A stretch of 64,000 nucleotides of DNA, from positions 2,606,001 through 2,670,000 of the forward strand of contig CM052816.1 of the NCBI GenBank assembly GCA_028534125.1, given 5' to 3'. A model generated the notes under the pieces. It did no database searches and was not told where the DNA came from. It saw nothing but the letters and a program-made list of their open reading frames with translations. The DNA comes from Lama glama (lineage: Eukaryota). Positions 38,086 to 48,275 of this stretch are shown one piece after another (position 1 is the stretch's first letter; every line of letters begins with the position of its first letter). The translations under genes and the position numbers were made by a program.

Positions 38086-38595
38086 TAAAAATTCAAATGT
38101 TACCAATTATACATGAAAGGAAAATTTAGTCTCCTCATATCTGTCTTTTAGTTCCCCAGGCTCCTTCTCCTTCACAGAGATACAGATATGTGATATAGAT
38201 AGATGTTAGATAGACAGGGCACAGGTTTTAAAAAATACAACAGTGGCATGCTATACACAATTTTGCACACTTTGCTGTTTTTCACTTAATGATATATACC
38301 ACAGCCTGGGTCCCATGTTGGCACTACAGAACTGTCTCATTTTTAACAGCTACATAGTATTGTGTGGGTGTCATATAATGTATGTAACCATCCCTTATTA
38401 GTGGATATTTTGTCTGTTTCCTATCTTTTGCTTTGAGGATAATGCTCCCATTAATGACTTCAGACTTCACAGTATCATTTTAAATCTTCATCTTTTTAAA
38501 GATCAGATTTGTTAGAAATTATTTCTAACAAAAACAAATTCACCTTATTTCTATCAGGGATCCCCATCTACCAAAACACTAGGACTCTGCTCCAT

Positions 38596-39170
38596 AGCAG
38601 TTGTCAAACTGAGGTCCAAAGCAGAGGTCCAAACTGATAGCGGCTGGTTAAAACTAACACACACAGATATGTATTTGAATCACACTGCTATTCTTCTAAA
38701 TAGAACAAAACCTGTCAGAATTAAAATGGCCAGAATTTTAATGTGACTTATCTAAATCACAACAAAATCAAGAAGTGGGGTGTCTCTTGACTAACTGAGT
38801 CCTTGTCACTGCTGGGCTCACATTCCTGCCCAACAGAAGTCGCCTGGAGCTGAGTTAAGCTGTTCAGCTCAGATGTGGCATGGACTTCCTCGGTCCACCA
38901 CACGACCACGATGGGAACCCAGAGCCCTCCGCATCTCTGAAGTTCTGTCGGCTGTCATTTATCATCACACAGCCCCAATTTCCCCCTCCATGTTAGAGTT
39001 GAGAAAAAAAAAGTGAAATGCCTTTGTACTCATGTCTCATAATAGTAGAAAAATTTAAAAAAAAGAAAACTAGGCCCGTACTAACCACCACTCCCTATTG
39101 CCTTACACCCAGATGCTCCCTCACCCGTTTACATAACCAGCCTGGCCTCTGAAAGTACCTGACTGCAATC
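38596..39170. mobile_element. MER102-like hAT-Charlie element
   Basis: ctgctgggctcacattcctg...cctggagctgagt...ctgtcatttatcatc...aaagtgaaatgcctttgtac. Confidence 0.7.
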
Positions 39171-39899
39171 CCATGTTACTGCAATCCCATGTTTAAAAGA
39201 ATCAGACCCTCCCCAAGGTCAAACATATTTTCAGAAACAGTCCAATAAAGGCCTATGATCTCTCTCTTCTATTTAAACCCTCCTTTCATTTGTCAACTTT
39301 TTGGACAGGTGTGACCTGAAAAGAATTATTTATTTTTTTAATACCATTTCTTTGAAAAACAAAACAAAACAAAACCAAAACCCTCAGTCTGTCCTGTCCA
39401 AGGGATTTTGCAGCTAAAACTGGCCAGTCTGTTGATTCCAGAGGAAGAAGAGCAGCTGGCAAAACTAATCAACATTGGACATTTGCATTTTTCCCCTTTT
39501 TTATAGTCTCCCCTGGTGCTGGGAGATTGGTTTTCTGTGTTGGAAGGAGAGCATGGAGAGCAGCTGCTGCCTCCGGTCAGGTGCACCGTATCCAAGAGAG
39601 CGTGGCCCAGAATTCATCTAGCAAATATCCCAACAGGTTAACCAGTTCTGGAGCAAGGAAGTCACAGCTCTTACTTTTGAAGACTCTTTGTATTGAGCGT
39701 AAAAGGTTCTGTGTTTCTGGGGATAAGATGTCTGTTTTCAAATTCACTTTCTTTCTATACCCTAGGTAGCAAGAGGATGCCGTTTAGATTTGACCGCCTG
39801 CCGATGAGATAGTGACAAGAACAAAAATTAAATACAACTATGAACTTGACAAAAATAAACATACGCAGGCTCCTGAAATCAGGCAGCAAGGTGATTCTC

Positions 39900-40115
39900 A
39901 CTACAAGTTATTGAGCGCTTCCTACCTGGGAGGCACTGTGCTCAGCGCTATACATGCATTAGCTCATTTAACCTTCTCAGTACTGAAAGGTACGTGCAAT
40001 TGTTAATCCTGCTTTATAGACGCAAACAATGAAGATCAGAAAAGCACAGCAGTTTTTGCTGGGTATCTAGGCTTATAAATGACGGAGCTGATATGCGTCT
40101 CAGACGTCCATGGAC
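39900..40115 (-). mobile_element. MIR SINE
   Basis: ttattgagcgcttccta...aggcactgtgctcagcgc...ctcatttaacc. Confidence 0.75.
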
Positions 40116-40619
40116 CCTTAGCTAAATAAGTCCCTGGAAATCTTCCTTCATGGACCAAATACTCTATAAAGAAGTTTGTGTTGGATTTTCAGTAAAGACC
40201 ACTGAGTATATTTCCTTTGGGATTTTTAATGCTGCTGTTGATAATCATTCAAGGAGAAGCATTTTCACCCTATTCTTCATGTTATTTTCACCTCCCAGAT
40301 CTTCTGCAGAAGAAACTATCTAGTGTTGGCCCCTTTGTCCTCAAACAATTCACAATTGAAATAACTGCTCATGACCTCACTTCTGTTCTGAAAGATTATT
40401 TGTTTTATTGGCCACTTTTCTTCCTGGCAATCCTAAGCTCTCATTGATGTCCTGAAGAGTTATGTCACTATTCACCATCTCTCACTGTTGGCAACATATA
40501 ATTCACTGCAACTACTTGGTCATAGAGCCACACCTAACCCAACTCCCCCGTCCTATAATCCATGAAGCTTCAGGTTTCACAGCCCATCTCTCTCCAAAAA
40601 GATTTTCAATGATACTGCT

Positions 40620-41660
40620 TTTTAAAATAACTACTTTTCAATATGCATATTGTAAAATACACCCTCTGTGGTATACAGTTCTATGAGTTTAACAAATGCA
40701 TGCAGTTGTCTAACCACTACTATGATCAAGATAAAGAGCACATCCATCACATCAAAAAAAAAAAATCCCCTTATGCTATTCCTTCACTGTCACCTGCCCC
40801 TAACTCCTAACTCTTGCCAGTCACTGAGTATTCTTTGTCCCTATTAATTTAGCTTTTTTATAATGTCATACAAAATGCAGTCATACAATGTGTATCTCTT
40901 TGAGTCTGGCTTCTTTCATTCAGCATAATGCATTTGACATTCATTCATGTTTTGAGGGGATGGGCAGAATGGGTAAAGGGCCAATTGTACAGTGACAGAT
41001 AGTAGCGAGAATTGTGATGGTGATCACTTCATAGCAAATGTAGATGTCAAATCATAATGCTGTATATCTGAAACTTATATAATAAAAAAATAAGTTCATC
41101 CATGTTTTTCTGAGTATCAGTAGTCCACTCCTCTTCAGTGGTGAGTAATATTCCACTGTATGGATATTCCATGGATTGTTGATCCATTTACCAGTTGAGG
41201 GACATATGAATTGTTTCCAGTTTTTGATGACTATGAATAAGCTGCTATAACCATTTTTATACTGGGTTTTTGTGAACATAGATTTTTATTTCACTCATGT
41301 CAATATTTAGGAATAAAATTTTGTTGGGTCATATTGTAAGTTTACATTTAACTTCATGTGAAACTGTCAGAATATTTTCCAAAGTGACTGTAACATTCTG
41401 CATTTCTGCCAACAACATGTGAGCATTCCAGCTGTTCCACATCCCTGTCAGCACTTGATATTGTCAGGGTTCTTTGTTTTAGCTATTATCATAGGTGTAG
41501 TGATGAGTCATGGCTTTAATGCAATTCTCTAATGAATAATGTTGAGGATCTTCTCATATGCTCATTTACCATTCATCTATCTTCCTTGGGGAAATGCCTC
41601 TCAAATCTTTGCACATTTAAAAAATTGAGTTGTGTGCTTTTGGTGACATTCTTGTAATTT
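40620..41660 (-). mobile_element. L1MB/MC-like 3' region, interrupted at 40954-41093 by a plus-strand L1 3' end
   Basis: gagtctggcttctttcattcagcataatg, ttgtttccagtttttgatgactatgaataa; the insert ends ctgaaacttatataataaaaaaataa with a TSD. Confidence 0.88.
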
Positions 41661-41709
41661 AGAGATTAATTCATTTAAAGTTGATTCTCCTTTAAAATCT
41701 AAATATCCC

Positions 41710-42081
41710 AGTAAAAAAAATTAATAACAAAAACCTCGATTAAAATAGAGCCCAGAGGTCAGAAGGGGGTGCTCTCATGCCCTAGGATGACAGCAGAGCC
41801 CAAGAAGAAGAAAAAAGACCTCCTCTTCTTGCCAGGCAAGAGCTCACCCCATGAGAGACTGTCACTAACTTCAAACTCTCAATTCCTCCAATCGACTATT
41901 TACTCACTACAGTCTTCCCAACTTCCTTTCTTCTCTTCGAAAGAGCTCTGCTCTCCTTTGTGTGTGGGGACTTGCATGAGGCTCGCCACAGTGGCAGATC
42001 CCAAAAATGCAATTCTTTGTTAATCCCAAATAAACCCACTTTTGCTAGAAATAACTGGTATCTATTTGTTTTAGGTTAACA
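41710..42081 (+). mobile_element. 5' LTR of class I ERV (MER34-like)
   Basis: ~370 bp, AATAAA at 42029, ends tctatttgttttaggttaaca, immediately followed by a TGG-starting PBS-like site. Confidence 0.8.
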
Positions 42082-42750
42082 TTCTGGCAGCTCATACCAA
42101 GACCCAGAGAAGGCCCTCAACAACTCCGAGGCTGGTGAACAAACAGGAGCAGTGCCCATATTGAGCCCATTAGTGCTCACTGCTTTTCTGTCTGACCCTA
42201 GGGTTTGAGGTTAAGTCTTCCTCTGCGACCCTAGCTCCTGCCGTCCTTGCATTTTGAAGCTCCTTAGGTTGTCTTCAGCAGCTACTTTAAGCCTTTGTCC
42301 GTTCTTGTTTAAGTCTTGTTCTGCATGCAAGTATTCATTTGACACATCAGCCTAAGTTTTAAAAGCAGGCTGTTCCTCCTGGAACAGGCTAGCCTTCACC
42401 CCATTCCTTTTGAAATAGGGGCTGCTTCACTGGAACTTGCAGGTTCAGCCTTCAGTGCAAATACCTTTTCAAATAGGGTCTAGTCTATTGGCACTGCATT
42501 GTTAAACTTTTAGCCTGACTCCTTCAGGATTGGCTGTTCTAGTGGAACTACACTTTAAGCCTTTGGCCTTGATTCCTCCAGAATTACACTGTTCCCTTAG
42601 AGCTGTGCTGAGCAGTTTTGGCCGGGCTCCTTTAGGACCAGACTGTTCCTTTAGAACTGGTTGGTATTAAAACTGCAGGTTGTTAGAGCTATTTGAGCTG
42701 TGTAGGCTATTTAGGCTGATTGAAAATTATTCTTTTATTCTAGAGAAAAA

Positions 42751-44122
42751 ATGGGATACCAGTTACCTAAATATTTTGAGTGCATTCCATCCCTCACAAG
42801 GACTCCAGTGGATTTTATATTTTATATTTAAAAGACCACGTTCCTTTCTAACTAAATGAACCAACCTAAACAAAGGCAATTAAGAACCGCTATGATCCTT
42901 ATGGGGAACTTTTGAAATCCCCAAACTTACTTTTCCTAAAACTAAATTGCACAACTATAGCTCTAAAATGCCCAAAACTGAATGGAATGCCCATTTTGAT
43001 TGGTATTGTGAGACTTTCAAACATTAGAAGGAGCCTAAAATTACTTCCCTCCAAACTAAGATTTTTTTTAAGATTAACTAAAGCAAACAAACATTTAAAG
43101 AAAGATAAAATGGCTTGAAGCCTCATGCTCTTTCTCCTCAGCTCCTTTGTTTCGGGCTCTGCCCCTAAGCCATCTTCCTCCTTCCTTTCTATACTGCCCA
43201 CACCCCCCTTATACCCTCACTTCCCCTGTACTAATTCACCAAACTTCCCTTTTTCTCTGAAACTCTCCCCATCCCCTTCTCCTCTGAGCCTATCGTAACG
43301 TGTCCCTTTAAAGTTAAGCTTTCCAGGGATCCAGAGGCTAAACCCTTAATTTCTTAAATTCCCTGTACTAAAGCTGAACTTGCAGGCATAGTCAAAGATT
43401 TTTCCAAAGTAACCAAGGATCCTCACGGATTAGCTGAGGGATTTAATATAGTCATTCCAACCTACCAACCCAGTTTCTCTGAATTCTTTCAGCTAGTTCA
43501 TATGCTTATCGGTGAAGGCCAGGCCCAGCATGGATGAAAACTTGATAACTGGGAAAACCCTGAAAGGTCTCTAGGATTACAACCAGGAGACCAGCCTACT
43601 CACTATATAATCAGGCTCAGGCAATGGCTAGGCGACTTCATTAGGCAATTCCTAGGGCTTTTCCACCGCCTACTGATTGTTACAAAATGCAGGCTGGCAT
43701 ACAAAAATCTGATGAACCTGTTCGTAACTATTACAATTGACTTCAGAGCATTAAAAAAAAAATTGGGCCTTCTTTTATCCCACCCAAGTAGTTTTTAACT
43801 TTATGTTTATTAATGGGCTGAACAGGGGCCACATTTCCCTTCTAGTAAAAAGGACTAGGATGGAATTGGAAACTTCCTCTATCCCAGATTTAATCTCTCA
43901 AACCAGCTCTCTTGAACTTAGAGCCACTTGAGAGGAAGGTTGCTAAAATTCTTAACCTTCAGCCCTAGCAAATGAAAGCTTCTACATGAAACCAAATCTT
44001 CTTAGTTTCTGCTGTAACTGCAAAGAGCCAGGACATCTGAGAAGAGTGTGGTAAGGTTTAGCACTTCAGGTACCTTCAGCCCTTGTAACCAGCCTCTCCA
44101 ATGTCCTCCCAAATCTCAATGA
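42751..44122 (+). pseudogene. gag: ERV gag remnant
   Basis: ATG-GGA start; LWGTFEIPKL; TKAELAGIVKDFSKVTKDPHGLAEGFNIVIPTYQP; zinc-knuckle remnant CCNCKEPGH at 44010; many stops and frameshifts. Confidence 0.85.
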
Positions 44123-45228
44123 CTGGGCTCCCAGGAGCTACAGGGGCACTTCCCATTCCTTCCTCTTAAGCAGGCTGAGAAACATTTCTCCAGACTGGGG
44201 ATGAATCCCTTCCAATCCCAAATGACACTGGAGCCAAACTCTCGGTGCTAAGCCCCACTGCTACAGAGCAGTGCCTGCCTCGGAGCACCACAGTTCAGCT
44301 AGCGGGGATCTCTAATGAGCTTCAAAAGATTGCTGTCTCTGAACCTACTCACTTTTGTTCAGACCCTTTGAAAGATCCACACCCTTTTCTCCTTAGTTCC
44401 TCAGCCTCCATCCATTTATTAGCCTAAGACTTCTTGGAGAAGTTATCATGCCAGAATTTCTCTTCAAAGCAGGAAATAATTCTAGAATTTGACAGCAGTC
44501 ATCAAAACAGCCAACCAGGTAAATAAATGAGCATCTGACATCTTTTATTTGCTTGCTCCATCTCTGATGGCACTAGAGCTGATTCTGGAAACACTGATCA
44601 TTTGTCCCTATTAAATCAGCTACCATCCTCCTTACAGGCAAAATCTCCAACTGATATTAGCAAAGTTCATAGTTCACCTCCCATCAAGATTCAAGCAGAC
44701 CCCTCAAAACATCTCCCCAGAATTAATCAAATGCCCTGTAAGTGAAGAAGCCCTTCAAGACATAAAGCCCGTAACAGAATATTACAAGGCACAAGGCCTC
44801 ATTATCCCTCGTACTAGTGCTTACAACACTCGCATTTCACCTGAGAGAAAACCTAAGGGCCAAGGGTGGAGGCTTGTCCAGGACCTCCACACAATAAACA
44901 GCACGGCTACCTTCGGCACTCTGTTGTGTCCACATACATTACTAACGTTCATTCCCACAAGAAGCACATTTTTTATCGTAATCAATTTAGGCAGTACACT
45001 CTTCAGTATTTCAGCTGAAGCAGCTAGCCAATACCTTTTTTGCCTTCACTTTGGAAGAAAAACAATTCACCTGGACAGTAATGCCTCGAGATTTTACTGA
45101 GAGTCCTTCTTATTTCTTGCAAATCCTGAAGGCTGATCTGGATGATATGAAGTTCCCTCGAGGCCCTACGTTGTGGCAATGTGTGGATGATTTGCTTCTT
45201 GCTCTCCTTCTCAGGCCTCCTCACAGGA

Positions 45229-45328
45229 NNNNNNNNNNNNNNNNNNNNNNNNNNNNNNNNNNNNNNNNNNNNNNNNNNNNNNNNNNNNNNNNNNNNNNNN
45301 NNNNNNNNNNNNNNNNNNNNNNNNNNNN
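45229..45328. other. Assembly gap (100 N)
   Basis: Run of exactly 100 N. Confidence 1.
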
Positions 45329-45658
45329 AAAAAAGAACATAAATACAAAACAGAAACAGACTTATAGACATAGAATACAAACTTGTGGTTGCCAAGGGGG
45401 TGGAGGGTGGGAATGGATAGGCTGGGAGTTCAAAATGTGTAGATATTGACAGGCAAATGCAGAACAGATAAACAAGATTATACTGTACAGCACAGGGGAA
45501 TAAATATAAGATCTTGTGGTGGCTCACAGTGAAAAAAAATGTGACAATGAATATAAGTATGTTCATGTATAACTGAAAAACTGTGCTGTACACTGGAAAT
45601 TGACACAACATTGTAAACTGACTATAATTCAATAAAAAAAGGTTAAAAAAAAAAAAAA
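45329..45658 (+). mobile_element. Young camelid L1 3'UTR with poly-A, inside ERV pol
   Basis: Start is near-identical to 37615-37685; ends gatcttgtggtggctcacag...ttgtaaactgactataattcaataaa plus A tail. Confidence 0.93.
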
Positions 45659-46784
45659 GAACAAAGGTCCACAGCTAGATCCAGACAGGCTTCATGGTAG
45701 CCTAAATTTCCCCAAACCCAAAACTAAGTGCCACTGCTTCAGGCTTTTTGGGGCTCATTGGTTATTGCTAAAATTGGATTCCAAATTTCTCTTATGGCCA
45801 AACCTCGTACATTTTGGTACAGAAAAACCCCAACCCAGTTTTATGGGAAGAACCAGACTACATAGTCTTTAAGACCTTAAAAGATAGTTTGATGAACCCA
45901 CCTGCCCTTGGGCACCCCAATTATCAGATTCTCTTTTCCTTTTCATATATGAAAAGGAAGGGAATGCCTTTGGGATCCTCATCCAAACACACGGGACCAC
46001 TACTGACATGAAGCATTGTAGTCAGCAACTGGACCCTATGGCATGCAAATACCTGCCTTGCTCTGGAGCCATGACTGGCACTATCATTTCGGTTAAGACT
46101 ACCAAGAAATTTGCTGTAGGAGCCCCTTTAATCATTTTTAGGGACCAGACTTCATATGTACTAAGAGATAACAGAGAGGGAAAAACTGATGCAGTGTGAA
46201 CATATGGCCATGAGAAGGGGATAAGTATTCAAAAAATGCATCAGAAAGGGCTCAGATAAAAATTTAACTGAGAATTGACAGTATACATATTTAAAGTTAT
46301 GACTTAAGAGTAAATACAATGCAATCCAAAAATTCAAAAATACTACGATTTTTCAAACTATGGTATATCCATGTTGATACTATTATCAAGATATTAAAAA
46401 TCCTATTTCATATTTAATATAGATAAATGAGCATGATTCAGTTATATGTTAAAAACAGAAGTTCAATTATTAATACAGTATGATCCCAAGTATGCCTGTA
46501 TGTGTCTTCTTATGTAATATTTATATACATCTGTATATAGATGCATAATTTTATTGACATGAGATACATGTCATGACATGTATTGACATGCAATATTTTA
46601 TTGTATTATATATAAATATTTACATTTATACAATATTATACATAAAATAATTATATATATATATCAATAAAATGTTAACAATAAGGATGAGATTATGGGT
46701 CATTTTTATTCCTTTTATTAATCATGGAGAGCTAGCATGATGGACTCCCTATCAGCTTGGAAATTAGGACAATCAAAAGGTCCT

Positions 46785-47345
46785 TTGATGTAGCCACTTT
46801 GGAAAATATTTTGGACATTTCTCAAAAAGTTAAACATAAACTTACCATATGATCCAACAATTCCACTCACAGATTTCTGCCCAAGAGAAATGAAAACATA
46901 TGACCACATAAAGACTTGCACATGAATGCTCATAGCAGCATTATTCATGAGCTAGAAAAAATGGAAACAATTTAAACGTTCATCAGCAGATGAACAGATA
47001 AATAAAATATGACATACCCATACAATGAAACATTATTCAGTAATAAAAAGGAATGCATAATGATATATACTACAATATGAATCAATCTCCAAAACATTAT
47101 GCTAATTGAAAAAAGCCAGTCACAAAGACCTCGTATTATAGGATTTTATTTCTATGAAACACGGATGGGAACAGAGGTTAACTATTAGTGAGCACGATGG
47201 ATCTTATCGGGGTGATGAATGTTAGGAAGATGCCTGCACAATGTGGTAACTTCCCCAAAATCACTGAATTGCAGATTTTAAGAGGGTGCAATTTTATCAT
47301 TAAAATTTTTTGATATATAAAATACACTTCAAAAAAGCTTTTAAA
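46785..47345 (+). mobile_element. L1MB/MC-like 3' region
   Basis: aagttaaacataaacttaccatatgatccaacaattccactc...gctcatagcagcattattcat. Confidence 0.88.
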
Positions 47346-48029
47346 AATTGCCGTTCAAGAGCTGAGCTTTAAATCAGCCATTAGCAGACGTGGGAGAGAG
47401 ATACCAGCTTTAGAAGACAGAAGGACTCTCAGACCACAAAACTTGACTGCAGCCCGAGGGACCGAGAAAGAAACCCTCAGAAACAATGTGTTACCAGAAC
47501 GGAAGGTGGTCAGTCGTGGGACAAAGGGAAGAGATGGCCTTGGCTCAGGGTATTGGTGAATTAAGGTTTCCATTACTCCTGTAATGAGGGAGATGCCAGG
47601 AGAGGACAGCAGTGGTTCTGAAGACATAACTCAGCTAAGAGTTGGCTGAATGACGCCCGTGCACGGATTCGAGGCGCTCAGTCCAAGAAAACAGTTACTG
47701 GTTAGCTTCCCATGCAGTTTTGCTGCAGGATGAGGATGTACTGAGAGGTGATTCAAGTCTTTGTGGACTGTGGCCTTGCTCTTTTTAAGTTAACAAGCTT
47801 AATATTCTGGGTACCACAGCTATTTCTGTAAACCAGTTAATGTTCATTCATCTCTGTAGAAGACAGGCTTCTGAGCCCATGGGGCACAGAGCTTTAGTGT
47901 GGAGGGTGGTGACTTTCCCAGACTAGATGTTCTCCAGGAAAACGAATCTCAGTCACTGGAGACCGCCCTGGTTGCTACTGTCCTTTTTCATGTGTGTTTC
48001 TAGAATGTAGCTGGCGCAGCCCAGTGCAA

Positions 48030-48275
48030 GACAGAGTACCCTGGATGGGAAAGTAGACTCTGGAGTCAGACCACCTGGGTTCAAAGTCCATACTACTGCT
48101 TACTTGCTGTGTGATTTGGGGCAAGTTACTTAACCTCTCTGTTTCAGTTTTTTCATCTACAAAACAGATAATAACACTACCTTTCTCACAGACTTGTTAA
48201 AAGGATTCAATGAGATCATGTATGTAAAGCACGTAGCATGGAGCTTGTCACCTAAACACTCTAATATTATTACTT
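48030..48275 (+). mobile_element. MIR SINE (well preserved)
   Basis: gactctggagtcagaccacctgggttcaaa...tgtgatttggggcaagttacttaacctctctg. Confidence 0.92.

Larger units (their letters stand above)
41710..46140 (+). mobile_element. Decayed, 3'-truncated class I (gamma-like) endogenous retrovirus: LTR-PBS-leader-gag-pro-RT
   Basis: Ordered gag, DTGA protease and RT motifs; no integrase, env or 3' LTR visible. Confidence 0.93.
44123..46140 (+). pseudogene. pol: ERV pro-pol remnant (protease, RT, tether), interrupted by a gap and an L1
   Basis: DTGA at 44224; KPKGQGWRLVQDL; QFTWTVMP.DFTESP; QCVDDLLL (YVDD mutated, 45180-45191); after the L1, LDPDR...FLGLIGYC.NWIPNFS. Confidence 0.92.

Noticed and set aside
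42350..42662. Regularly spaced semi-palindromic repeats as a CRISPR-like array
   Set aside because: Units are degenerate along their whole length, lie in a retroviral leader in mammalian DNA, and no cas genes are present.
41710..46140. Domesticated retroviral gene (syncytin/HEMO-like or gag-derived)
   Set aside because: No env present; gag and pol have many stops and frameshifts, and the RT catalytic motif is mutated.
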